64,000 bases of DNA, taken from the NCBI GenBank assembly GCA_021782205.1, contig JAJXVH010000006.1:11058-75057 (forward strand), given 5' to 3'. The DNA comes from a bacterium. GTDB lineage: Bacteria > Elusimicrobiota > Elusimicrobia > UBA1565 > UBA9628. The notes beneath the pieces are model-generated. The model had not been told where the DNA came from, did not search any database, and saw only the letters and a program-made list of their open reading frames with translations. The translations under genes were made by a program, and so were the position numbers. How positions within the stretch are numbered: position 1 is the first letter of the stretch; each line of letters starts with the position of its first letter. Positions 54,075 through 63,106 of this stretch are shown here, one piece after another.

Positions 54075-55055
54075 ATGACGATGGCGGCCCCCCTGAACCG
54101 ACGCACGCACGCGCCGCATGCGCTCCTGGTGGCCGCCGCGCTGCTGTCCGTCGGACACGGTCCGGCCGCGGCCGCCCAGGCCGGCCCGCCCGTCTCCTTC
54201 CATTTCAATCCCCGGGACGTGCCGCGCTACGACGCGGTGGTCGTCTCGGTGTGCGGCCTGGAGTTCGCGGATCTCAAGCAGGCCATCCTTGACCGTCTTT
54301 TCCAGCATGACACGCGCCAGATGGCCGCCGCGGCCTCGCGGCTGAATGAAAGCCGCCTGGGCGCCTCGGTGCCGTCCACAACGAACAACGCCTATTTGGA
54401 GGAAGCCTTGACCGGCATGCTGGCGACCGCCGGCAAGCATGACCTGGTGGTGCCGCTGCCCTGGGACCGAAATGTGGCGAACACCGACGCGGCCGAGGCG
54501 GATTTCATGGCCTGGCTACCCCGGATTTACGCCGCGACCTCCGCGGCGCACAAGCCTCTCTACGTGGTCGGCCACAGCTGGGGCACGGTGATGATGCACC
54601 ATGTGCTCGTCTCTCTGGCGGCGCGGGGGTCTGCGGTCCGCGTCGATCGATTCATCACCCTCGGCTCGCCGCTGGTGCCGTCCGACGCGCTGATCAAGCT
54701 CTTCGACGGCCTGGAATTGCCGCCCCAGGATTTCGGCGTCCAGTCCGCCAAACCGGCCAACGTGGCCGCCTGGATTAATTTCTGGGGCGCGCGCGACATC
54801 TTCTCCAACACGATACCGGCGGCCGGCGCCGAACACCGCGTCGACGACGCCGCCGCCGCCTTCAACGCCCGACTGGGGCTGGCCCTGCTGGCGCCGGGCC
54901 GAAAGGCGCAGGCGGCGAAGGATTTGGTCACGCTCGACGACTTTTCCCTCTGGCACGCGTCGTATTACGCGGGCTACGATCAATATTTTCCGTCCATCCA
55001 AGCGCGGCTGAACCTGGATATCCCAGACGAGATCGTGACGCCGGACGCGTTCTGA
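54075..55055 (+). CDS. Secreted lipase/esterase-like alpha/beta hydrolase
   Basis: Signal ...HALLVAAALLSVGHGPAAAA. Nucleophile elbow YVVGHSWGT (GxSxG). Confidence 0.65.
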   Translation: MTMAAPLNRRTHAPHALLVAAALLSVGHGPAAAAQAGPPVSFHFNPRDVPRYDAVVVSVCGLEFADLKQAILDRLFQHDTRQMAAAASRLNESRLGASVPSTTNNAYLEEALTGMLATAGKHDLVVPLPWDRNVANTDAAEADFMAWLPRIYAATSAAHKPLYVVGHSWGTVMMHHVLVSLAARGSAVRVDRFITLGSPLVPSDALIKLFDGLELPPQDFGVQSAKPANVAAWINFWGARDIFSNTIPAAGAEHRVDDAAAAFNARLGLALLAPGRKAQAAKDLVTLDDFSLWHASYYAGYDQYFPSIQARLNLDIPDEIVTPDAF

Positions 55056-55072
55056 TCTCGCGCAACGGCTTG

Positions 55073-55290
55073 CTAAATCGCGGAGCCGGGCTCCCGCACC
55101 CGCAGCGTGAAGTCGCGCATCTCGTAGACGCAGAGCCCGTCGCGCGAGAGCAGGCCGTCGGCGGTGATCGTCTGGGCCGCCTCGTCGACGCCCGTGATCC
55201 AGCACTGAATCTCGACGTTCTTGTTGGCGGGCGAGTATTGGCCGCGGTAGAGCCACCGGTGCCGACGGCCCCCGGAACCATGCTCTCGAA
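55073..55290 (-). pseudogene. 3' fragment of a FabA-like (beta-hydroxyacyl thioester dehydratase, hot-dog fold) gene
   Basis: The minus-strand frame gives ...WLYRGQYSPANKNVEIQCWITGVDEAAQTITADGLLSRDGLCVYEMRDFTLRVREPGSAI*. By eye this aligns with the E. coli FabA C-terminus (...KFTGQVLPTAKKVTY...[23 protein letters not shown]...). The catalytic N-terminal two-thirds are missing and are replaced by the oleA-derived repeat. Confidence 0.45.
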
Positions 55291-55294
55291 GCGC

Positions 55295-55360
55295 GCGCCG
55301 CCACGCGGCCTTCCAGCGCCGCCGACGGCGCGAGGGGTAATAGACCAATCTCGACGGGTG
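55295..55360. repeat. 66-nt copy of the oleA 5' region (coding 53823-53854 joined to leader/promoter 53927-53971)
   Basis: 55316-55360 vs 53927-53971 is a 44/45 match. 55295-55326 vs 53823-53854 is a 32/32 match. The two source blocks share the 12-nt GCGCCGCCGACG at the junction. Confidence 0.85.
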
Positions 55361-55452
55361 AGAGATCATCTTCGCCACGTCCGTTCCGACGACGCACAAT
55401 TCGCGCAGATCTGGGTGCTTACGGACGGACGCTCGACCGCGCGGCGGCGGGA

Positions 55453-55481
55453 TTGAGGTCGGGCGCAACGCCTGCTACACT
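55453..55481 (+). promoter_or_regulatory. Putative sigma70 promoter of the FAAL operon
   Basis: TTGAGG (55453-55458), a 17-nt spacer, then TACACT (55476-55481), 35 nt before ATG 55517. Confidence 0.35.
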
Positions 55482-55516
55482 ACGGTCGCAAGCGCCGCGA
55501 CGGCGTTCACGCGCAC

Positions 55517-57205
55517 ATGAAGATCAAAGCTCCGGTCGGCCGCGCCGGACAGGACATAAAGACCCTCGTCGATCTGCTTTTATGGCGGGCGGACTCCGAA
55601 CCCGAGCGCCTCGCTTTTTCGTTTTATACGGACGGGGAGAAAACCGGCGCCGCGCTGACCTGGCGGCAGCTTGACGCGAATGCCCGGAAAATCGCCGCGC
55701 GCTTGGCGCGCGACGGAGCGCCCGGGCGGCGCGCGCTGATGGTCTATCCGCGCTGGGAGCAGTTCGTGCCGGCGTTCTTCGGCTGTCTTTACGCCGGGTG
55801 CGTTCCCATTCCCGCGCCGGCGCCGCATCCGGCCCTCCTCAAGAGAGCCGCCCCGCGGCTTCGGGCCGTGGGAGAGGATTGCTCGGCCTCGCTCGTTCTG
55901 ACGACCTCCACACTGGCGCGCGAATTCGCCGCGCTCAGCGCCGCCGCCTCCGCGCTGCCGGCCGCGGCGGTCATCGTGGCGACCGACGCGCTTGACGGCG
56001 AAAACTCATCTGGATTCCGGCCCCGCCGCGCGCAGGCCGAGGATCTCCTCTGCCTGCAGTACACCTCCGGATCGACCCACGCTCCCCGCGGAGTGATGAT
56101 CACCCATCGGAATTTTCTGCAGAACTCCCGCTACCTGAGCGAATTTCTGGAGTCCGCTGCGGACCGCAGCCTGGTCACCTGGCTGCCGCACTACCATGAC
56201 ATGGGTTTGGTGAGCGCGCTGCACTGCCTCGACGCGGGCATGTCGGTTCACGCGATGAATCCCATCGATTTTATCAAGCACCCCGGCCGCTGGCTGCGCG
56301 CCATCTCCCGCGTCGAGAACCGCGTCATCTCCGGCGCCCCGAATTTCGCCTATGACCTATGCTTGAGATCCATTTCGGATTCCGAACTGGCGGAGCTGGA
56401 TTTGAGCCGGTGGAGCCTGGCCTGGAACAGCGCCGAGCCGGTGCGCTCGGACACCCTGCGGGAATTCGCGCGCCGCTTCGAACGCTGCGGTTTCCGGCCC
56501 GAGGCTCTTCGACCCTGCTACGGATTGGCGGAAGCGACTTTGATCGTCAGCGGCGCGCCGCCCGCGTCGCAGGCGCAGATCGGCGGCCGCGCCATTGTGA
56601 GCGGCGGCCGCGTTTTCGCGGGAGAGAAAGTCCGCGTCGTCTCGCCGCGGACCCGGCGCGTCTGCGCTCCGGGCCGCGTCGGAGAAATCTGGGTTTCCGG
56701 CGCGAGCGTGGCGAAAGGCTATTGGGGAAACGCGCGCCAAACGCGCGCCGTCTTCCAGGCGCGCACCGCCGACGGTGAAGGTCCCTTCCTGCGGACGGGC
56801 GACTTGGGCTTTTTGCGCGACTCGGAGCTGTTCATCACGGGCCGTCTCAAGGACATGATCGTTCTGCGCGGGCGCAAGTATTACCCGGAGGACATCGAAC
56901 TGGCGGCCGAATCCGCCCATCGCGCCGTCCGGCGGGGCGGCTGCGCGGCCTTCGGCATCGAGGTCGGCGGCGTTGAAAAGCTGGCTCTCGTCATCGAGCT
57001 CGAAAGCGGCGGCGCCACGCAGGCCGAGGTGATCGCGGCGGCGCGCCGCTCTGTCGCCGAGCGCTGCGACGTCGAGCTGCACGACGCCGTCGCGGTTCGC
57101 CGCGGCGAGCTTCCGCGGACGACCAGCGGCAAGATTCGCCGTCGCGAATGCCGCCGGCTTTATCTGGGGGGCCGCTTCGCCGCGCGCCAGGCGCCGACGG
57201 CATGA
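55517..57205 (+). CDS. Fatty acyl-AMP ligase (FAAL, FadD32-like)
   Basis: N-terminus TLVDLLLWRADSEPERLAFSF. LCLQYTSGSTHAPRGVMITHRNFLQN, APNFAYDLC, FLRTGDLGF, GRLKDMIVLRGRKYYPEDIE, TTSGKIRR. Confidence 0.85.
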   Translation: MKIKAPVGRAGQDIKTLVDLLLWRADSEPERLAFSFYTDGEKTGAALTWRQLDANARKIAARLARDGAPGRRALMVYPRWEQFVPAFFGCLYAGCVPIPAPAPHPALLKRAAPRLRAVGEDCSASLVLTTSTLAREFAALSAAASALPAAAVIVATDALDGENSSGFRPRRAQAEDLLCLQYTSGSTHAPRGVMITHRNFLQNSRYLSEFLESAADRSLVTWLPHYHDMGLVSALHCLDAGMSVHAMNPIDFIKHPGRWLRAISRVENRVISGAPNFAYDLCLRSISDSELAELDLSRWSLAWNSAEPVRSDTLREFARRFERCGFRPEALRPCYGLAEATLIVSGAPPASQAQIGGRAIVSGGRVFAGEKVRVVSPRTRRVCAPGRVGEIWVSGASVAKGYWGNARQTRAVFQARTADGEGPFLRTGDLGFLRDSELFITGRLKDMIVLRGRKYYPEDIELAAESAHRAVRRGGCAAFGIEVGGVEKLALVIELESGGATQAEVIAAARRSVAERCDVELHDAVAVRRGELPRTTSGKIRRRECRRLYLGGRFAARQAPTA

Positions 57206-57465
57206 GTCTCAATCCGCCGCGACGGCCGAGCGAAGGAGAATTCGAACGCTGGATCGCCGCCCGCCTGTCGCGCGAATTGGGCATTCCCATAGAGGAATTC
57301 GACCCCGGCGCCGATTTCACGACCCTGGGGATCAACTCCGTCGCGCTGGCCGGCATGTTCGGCGAACTCGAGAAGCGGACGGGGCGGCGCCTGGACCCGT
57401 ATCTTCTGACCGAATGTCAGAACGCGCGGGCGCTCGCGCGCCTCCTGGAAGGCGGCGACGCATGA
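57202..57465 (+). CDS. Acyl/peptidyl carrier protein
   Basis: Trimmed to ATG 57202 (ATGA overlap with the FAAL stop). 87 aa. Phosphopantetheine-site context DFTTLGINSVALAGM. Confidence 0.8.
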   Translation: MSLNPPRRPSEGEFERWIAARLSRELGIPIEEFDPGADFTTLGINSVALAGMFGELEKRTGRRLDPYLLTECQNARALARLLEGGDA

Positions 57466-58874
57466 ACGACGGCGCGCGGCCCGCCGTGCACGAAGGACGC
57501 GGACCCGGCCTGGCGTCCTTCTGGACCGCGTTCCTGCTCGGCGGCGCCGCCGCGCTGCTGGCGGGCGCCTGGGGTCTCCGGGCGGCCTCCAGGCCGCGCG
57601 CGGGCCGCGCCCGCCAAGACCGCGCGGCGTTGAATCAGTTCATCGCGGCCCTTCCGCCTGGAGACGCCGTGCCCGGCGTCGAGAGCCCGCGCTTGGCCAA
57701 GAGCCTGCGGCTGTTCGTCGCCAAGCCGCTCGGCCTCAAGTCCGGAGCGGCCATCGATCCGCTCGCTTCTCCGGGACTTTTCGCGGCGCTTTTCCCGGGC
57801 TACCCGGAGACCATGAGGAACGACTCCGGCCTGTGGCGGGACTACTTCTCTCGAGAATTCGGCACGAAGGTCTCCTCGGGCCGCCTCGGCGCCGCGTCGC
57901 CGGACGGCGCGACCGCTTTCTATTCCTGGACCGGCTGCATCGACGTGTTCCGCCGCTATGGGGCCGACGTCGTCCTCCTGGGCGCGTCCGACACGGCGCA
58001 AGGAGTGGCTCCCGACCTTCTGGCGAGGCTCCTGCGCGAAAGCGGCGTTCCCGCGCTGGCGAACGCGCGGGTTCTTTCGTGTGAGACGCCGACGATGCTC
58101 CCGGAAGTCGCGCGAGACACGGCCGCGATGCTGGCCGGCACCGGGCGGCGCGCCCGGTGGGTCGTCTACGGTTATTCTCCAGGCAACAGCGACACGCGCG
58201 CCCCTGAATACGACGAAATTCTGGCCGATAAGCGGGCGGCCCTGCGCGACTATCGAGAAAACCTGACGCTGGGTCCGCTGGCGGCCTGGGACCGCCCCGT
58301 CGCCTTTCCTTGGTCCTGGAACGAACTGCTGCCCTTGCGCGCCGATGACTCGCAGGTCATGCTGAACCTGCTGCAGGAGGATCACGCGGAGCGGTCGAGG
58401 AGGCGGGCGGTGAAATTCGACCTGCGGATTCCGGACGAGGTCGCCCGGTCTTCGTCGACGCTCGCCGCGTTCACGCGCGGCCTGAAGCTGCCCCATCCAT
58501 TTCTTCATGACCTCGCCGACGCGGGCTGCGGGGAATTCTCGGACTCGGCCCCGCGCTTGGCGGACGCGCTGTTGGCGATGCACGGGCTCGGCGCCGCCAC
58601 GCTTCTCTTCGTCGATCCCACCACGGGATTGGAACTGTCGACCGCGCCGGCCTGCTACGCCCGCACGGAGAGGGCGATGGTCGCCCGCGCCCGGGCCACG
58701 CTTGTCGACGCCGCGGATGCCGCGGAAATGGGTCTTGATCCGACGGACTTCATCTACGAATCCCCGCCCGGCTCGCGGCGTTATTGGCTCAACACCACGC
58801 ACGTCAACAAGCGCGGCGCCGAAAAGCTCACGCGGCGCCTCGCCGCGGACATACTCCAAGGCGAACGCCGATGA
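57462..58874 (+). CDS. Membrane-anchored extracytoplasmic protein, tentatively DltD/AlgJ-like (SGNH-related)
   Basis: ATG 57462 (ATGA overlap). TM LASFWTAFLLGGAAALLAGAWGL. By eye, VVLLGASDTAQG and C-terminal WLNTTHVNKRGAEKL recall the DltD blocks (FLLGAGGSTDL; DAVHIGWKGW). Position is between the carrier protein and the MBOAT. Confidence 0.5.
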   Translation: MNDGARPAVHEGRGPGLASFWTAFLLGGAAALLAGAWGLRAASRPRAGRARQDRAALNQFIAALPPGDAVPGVESPRLAKSLRLFVAKPLGLKSGAAIDPLASPGLFAALFPGYPETMRNDSGLWRDYFSREFGTKVSSGRLGAASPDGATAFYSWTGCIDVFRRYGADVVLLGASDTAQGVAPDLLARLLRESGVPALANARVLSCETPTMLPEVARDTAAMLAGTGRRARWVVYGYSPGNSDTRAPEYDEILADKRAALRDYRENLTLGPLAAWDRPVAFPWSWNELLPLRADDSQVMLNLLQEDHAERSRRRAVKFDLRIPDEVARSSSTLAAFTRGLKLPHPFLHDLADAGCGEFSDSAPRLADALLAMHGLGAATLLFVDPTTGLELSTAPACYARTERAMVARARATLVDAADAAEMGLDPTDFIYESPPGSRRYWLNTTHVNKRGAEKLTRRLAADILQGERR

Positions 58875-60340
58875 GCTACATACGCCCCGAGTTTTTTCTT
58901 TTTTTTGCCTTCGTGCTCGGAGTCTATCTCGTGGTCCGCGGCCGGAGCCCGCGCACGGCGCTGCTGATCGCCGCCAGCCTCGCCTACTACGCCTGCGCCG
59001 GTCTTTTCGACCTTCTCATCTTTTTAGCGGTCGTCGTCTTCTCGTATTGCGCCGCGCGGCTGGCGCAGGCGCACCCGCGCCGGCGCGGATTCTTTCTTTT
59101 CACGGCGGTCGCCGCGCTGACGGCGCACCTCGTGTTCTGGAAGTACCTCCCGTGGATCGCCAGCGGTTGGCAGACGCTCGACCCCGCCTTCATGGGCGGC
59201 CGGAGCATCGCGCTGCGCCTGCCGCTCGGCATCAGCTTCTTCACGTTCCAGGGCATCGCCTATCTCGTCGACTATTGGAGAGAGACTATCGTCATGATGG
59301 GCTTCGCGGAGTATCTGCTCTACCATTCGTTGTTCTCGCACATGATCGCGGGGCCGATCGTGAGGGCGCGCCAACTGCTCCCGCAGCTGCGGGAACTGAC
59401 GGGGCCGACGCCGGAGGACTTGGGCGTAGGCGCCGCTCTGTTCGCGCGCGGGCTCGTCAAAAAAATGCTGATCGCCGACCGCGTTGCGCCGTTCGTCGAC
59501 ATGGTCTTCGTCTCGCCCGGAAAATGGGGCCGAGAGGCGCTGGTCTGGAGCGCGATCGGCTTCGCCGTGCAACTCTGGGGAGACTTCAGCGGCTACACGG
59601 ACATGGGGCGAGGCACGGCGCGGATGCTGGGCTTGCGCCTGCCGGAAAATTTCATGAGCCCGTTTCTCTGCCGAAAGCCCTCCGAATTCTGGGAGCGCTG
59701 GCACATCACCCTCAGCCATTGGGCGCGCGACTACGTCTTCTGGCCGCTGAGGCAATGGGCGCTCGCCCCTTTCGCGACGGCGCTACTCCTCGGCCTGTGG
59801 CACGGAAGCAATTGGACGTTCCTGCTCTGGGGCTTCTATTTGCGCGCGCTCTTCGTCGCAGAGGACGCCGTTTGCGCCAGCCCGGTCGGACGTCTCTGGA
59901 GCCGACTGCCCGACGCCCTTCGGCACGCAGCGCTCATCCCGCTGACCCTGACAGCCAACATCGCCGGCATCGTGATCTTTCGCTCGGAAAGCCTTTCCAA
60001 GCTTCTTGAATACATCGCCGCGCTTTTCGGCGGACCGCTGAACGGCGCGGCGTCGACGGCGTTCGGCACGACGGTCATGCTGGAACATTTTTATCCGGCC
60101 GCCGCTCTCGCTCTTTTTTTCGAAGCGCTGTTTTATCGGCGACTGCAAAATCGGGAGTGGCGGCCGTTCGGCGCGTGCTCCGGAGCAAACGCGCTCGACT
60201 CCGCCGTCCGAGCGCTGGAAGCGCGCGTCGTCGCGTGGCCTGCGGGCCTCGTACTTGGCGCCGCCGTGGCCGCGAGCGCTCTTGCCGCGATTTTCTTCCG
60301 CCAGGGCGACGCCGCCTCGTTCATCTACTTCAGTTTTTAA
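58871..60340 (+). CDS. MBOAT-family membrane-bound O-acyltransferase (AlgI/DltB-like)
   Basis: ATG 58871 (ATGA overlap). Polytopic. Hallmarks FWERWHITLSHWARDYVF and catalytic-His context LLLGLWHGSNWTF. Confidence 0.85.
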   Translation: MSYIRPEFFLFFAFVLGVYLVVRGRSPRTALLIAASLAYYACAGLFDLLIFLAVVVFSYCAARLAQAHPRRRGFFLFTAVAALTAHLVFWKYLPWIASGWQTLDPAFMGGRSIALRLPLGISFFTFQGIAYLVDYWRETIVMMGFAEYLLYHSLFSHMIAGPIVRARQLLPQLRELTGPTPEDLGVGAALFARGLVKKMLIADRVAPFVDMVFVSPGKWGREALVWSAIGFAVQLWGDFSGYTDMGRGTARMLGLRLPENFMSPFLCRKPSEFWERWHITLSHWARDYVFWPLRQWALAPFATALLLGLWHGSNWTFLLWGFYLRALFVAEDAVCASPVGRLWSRLPDALRHAALIPLTLTANIAGIVIFRSESLSKLLEYIAALFGGPLNGAASTAFGTTVMLEHFYPAAALALFFEALFYRRLQNREWRPFGACSGANALDSAVRALEARVVAWPAGLVLGAAVAASALAAIFFRQGDAASFIYFSF

Positions 60341-61295
60341 GCGACGCGCCGTCGATCGAGTCGAAAAAAAGATGGAGCGTGCCCATCGCCGAGACGTTCT
60401 CCTGAAGCGGGTTGTCGTAGGTCACGGAGAACTCATATTCCACGTTCTTTTCCAAGAGCAGGCCCGTTTTATCGGAATAGACGGGAACTTCAAGCATCTC
60501 CCGGCGAGAGCCTTCGGCGGGATGGCCCGATAACAGGACGTGACCCGTCGCGACGGCGCGCAGGGCGTAACCGACGCCGTAGCGATGGATGTGCACGGTC
60601 GCGAAATGCACGCGACCGGAGGCGGGCAGGGTGAACCGGACCGTGTATTCATGGCGTCCCGGCGGAACCCACCACATGTGCATGAGATCCTCGCGCGCCG
60701 ACGACGCCATCTGCTTGGCGTCGCGACGCGACCGCCCGCGCCGAGAGAAGCCTTCCCCCGGTCCGATGCGCACGCTGACGTGATAGAGCGGACGAACCGA
60801 AACGCGCTCCGCGTCCGCGACGAAGTTGAAGGCGACCTTGAAATAATACCGCGCATCGATGGAATCATACGGGCTCTGGAGCATCGCCTCGACGACGTAG
60901 AGGCTGGTCGTGTCGACGTGAAAGCCGAAGCCGGCCGGAAAAGAGATCGTGTCCTGGCCCGCGGTCAGCGGCAGATTATTGCCGAACTGATAGTCTTCCC
61001 CGCTCAGATTGATCGCCGTCGGCGGGGCGCGAAAAACCGCGTGGCAGAAGACGGTGTTGTCGGGGCTCGGCCGCTGATCGGCGTCCAGCAGATGCACGCC
61101 GAAGCTCCGAATCCAACCGGGCCGGTCGAACTGGATCGTGGTCGTGATGTAAGGGCCCATCATCGTGGGATGCCGGCCCTTCAGGCGCAACGGACCGAGG
61201 GTCTGATCGATCTCCTCCGCGCCCGACGCGGCGGCGAGCGCGACGAACGCCGCCGCGGCGAGGAGCGCGGCAAACGACCCGTGTCGCATGATCAT
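60330..61295 (-). CDS. Secreted hypothetical protein with HxH...M pattern (possible PHM/DBH-like copper monooxygenase fold)
   Basis: Start taken at Met20 (overlaps the upstream stop). Signal MIMRHGSFAALLAAAAFVALAAASG. HFATVHIHRYG ... NVSAMGTLHLFF. The fold assignment is weak and by eye only. Confidence 0.55.
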   Translation of the reverse strand: MIMRHGSFAALLAAAAFVALAAASGAEEIDQTLGPLRLKGRHPTMMGPYITTTIQFDRPGWIRSFGVHLLDADQRPSPDNTVFCHAVFRAPPTAINLSGEDYQFGNNLPLTAGQDTISFPAGFGFHVDTTSLYVVEAMLQSPYDSIDARYYFKVAFNFVADAERVSVRPLYHVSVRIGPGEGFSRRGRSRRDAKQMASSAREDLMHMWWVPPGRHEYTVRFTLPASGRVHFATVHIHRYGVGYALRAVATGHVLLSGHPAEGSRREMLEVPVYSDKTGLLLEKNVEYEFSVTYDNPLQENVSAMGTLHLFFDSIDGASLKN

Positions 61296-63079
61296 AGGCG
61301 GCGGTGCAAGCCCGACTCGGGCCAGCGAAAGCGGACCTCGCGCTTCGCCCAAGACGCGAATTCCGCGCGCAGTTCTCCCCTCCCGCGCAGCGTGATCGTG
61401 ACCGAGCCGGCGCGGCCCAGCCGATCCGCGTCGGCGAACGAAGTCGGCCGCGGCGCCGCCTCGATTAGAGGAGCCTTGATCGGCGCCAGTTCCCAGCGGC
61501 CGTCGCTGGAGCGAACGATCCTGCCGATGGCGCGACCATCGAGCAGCAGTTCGGGGGAGCGCAGCGCGCCGGCCGCGATCCCGAGGCGGGCCGGCCAGTC
61601 CGGCGCGGCGACGAGTCGGCGCGCGCGATCACGGTTCGGGCGCCGCGAGCGGTCCTCCGCCGCCGCCGAGAATCCCGCCTGCCCGATCGCGACGCGCGGA
61701 TCGAACAAAGACGCTTCCCCCAAGGGTATTCGCCGTTGCGGAGCCGTCGCGTCCGGCAAGAGCTCCAAGCGCATGCCCGGCCGCAAATCGAAATCTAGTG
61801 GAAAATAAAGCGCGTCGAGCGTGTTGCCCCCCGGAACGGACAGCGCAAGCAGGGCGCGGATGCCGCGAGCGCGAAAGTCCACGATGCGCGGAGCGACGCC
61901 GAAGGCCGCGACGTCGGCAAAGGTCCCGATGTCGGCGCCTCCAAGCGACAAGTCGGCGCTCGCAAAACGGTCCAACGGCACGGGCTCGCCACGGCCCGCG
62001 GCAATGCGCGGCAACGAGAATTCAAGCTCATTCCACGCGGCCGGATCACGCCCTCTCAGGACGTCGGCGTAAGCTTTCGCGATCAGAGCATTGCCCATGG
62101 CCGTTGGATGCTTACGCGCCCAATATGGGAAGCTTCTGGGCAGAGGGATCGTCTCCAGCACCAACTTGGAGGACAGTTTCACAGCCAGCGGTGAGAGTTC
62201 GTGGTCCAGGTCGAAAACGACGACCTGACGAGAGGAATCGGACATTTTTCCCAGCAGAAGTCCGGCGATTCGCGTCAACTCGCGCCGGACAGACTTGCGC
62301 GAATAATAGAACGGATTGCGCAAGGTCCGGCGCCGAGGCAGAAGGCACTGCAGAAAGGCCGGCGGCCTCAGGTCGTAGCGCAGGTAGTCCCAGCGCGGCA
62401 GAAAGCGGAAATAGTCGCGAAAGCGGGCGTCGAAATCGCGGCCGCCGCTCACGTCGACGAAGGCCGCGTCTCCGCCATTCAGCACATAGCGCCCGTGCAA
62501 ATAATAAGGCTCCGCATCCTCGCCGTGGTTGAACGTCGCGTCGCGCTCGACGCGCAGGGCGGCCGGCCCGACCAGAACGTAGTCCAGATCGTAGCCTCGC
62601 CCAAAGGTTTCCCAAAAGCGGTAAATCTGGTGCAATCCGTGCCAGGGATTACCGAAATTGATAACCTCCACGTCGTGCCGGCCCGCCGCGCGCAGGCGCC
62701 GGGCCAGCAGAGACGGGAAATCCAGCCCCGGCGCCACGTTGTAGCCGTCGGTAAACGAATCTCCAAAGGCGCCGATGCGGACGACTCCCGCGGGCTTGCG
62801 GCGCGACGCCTCGGTGAAGCGCCCGGCGCGCGGCTCCGCGACGCTGCCGATGGAATTGAGAACGTCCTCCGGAACTCCCGATCGGAGGGCGACGGCGGCG
62901 AAGGAAACGGCCGGACGCCTTTGCTCCAGCCGCCCGACGTAGCGCCGCCAGAGCGCGGCGTCGGCCGCCAGCAAGACGAGCAGCGCGCCGCAAACCAGGG
63001 CCAGCCGCGGCCAAAGTCCGCGCCGCGAAAGCTCCGCGCGCTTTTGAAAACCGGAACGTCGGCGGGGCTCCTCGCTCAC
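61292..63079 (-). CDS. Membrane-anchored SGNH/GDSL-family hydrolase/acyltransferase with ~250-aa C-terminal extension
   Basis: TM LWPRLALVCGALLVLLAA. Block I RIGAFGDSFTDGYN. Block V-like ARKHPTAMGNALIAKAY. Confidence 0.7.
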   Translation of the reverse strand: MSEEPRRRSGFQKRAELSRRGLWPRLALVCGALLVLLAADAALWRRYVGRLEQRRPAVSFAAVALRSGVPEDVLNSIGSVAEPRAGRFTEASRRKPAGVVRIGAFGDSFTDGYNVAPGLDFPSLLARRLRAAGRHDVEVINFGNPWHGLHQIYRFWETFGRGYDLDYVLVGPAALRVERDATFNHGEDAEPYYLHGRYVLNGGDAAFVDVSGGRDFDARFRDYFRFLPRWDYLRYDLRPPAFLQCLLPRRRTLRNPFYYSRKSVRRELTRIAGLLLGKMSDSSRQVVVFDLDHELSPLAVKLSSKLVLETIPLPRSFPYWARKHPTAMGNALIAKAYADVLRGRDPAAWNELEFSLPRIAAGRGEPVPLDRFASADLSLGGADIGTFADVAAFGVAPRIVDFRARGIRALLALSVPGGNTLDALYFPLDFDLRPGMRLELLPDATAPQRRIPLGEASLFDPRVAIGQAGFSAAAEDRSRRPNRDRARRLVAAPDWPARLGIAAGALRSPELLLDGRAIGRIVRSSDGRWELAPIKAPLIEAAPRPTSFADADRLGRAGSVTITLRGRGELRAEFASWAKREVRFRWPESGLHRRL

Positions 63080-63106
63080 CGCCGATATCTTACCTTTCCA
63101 CGCGCC

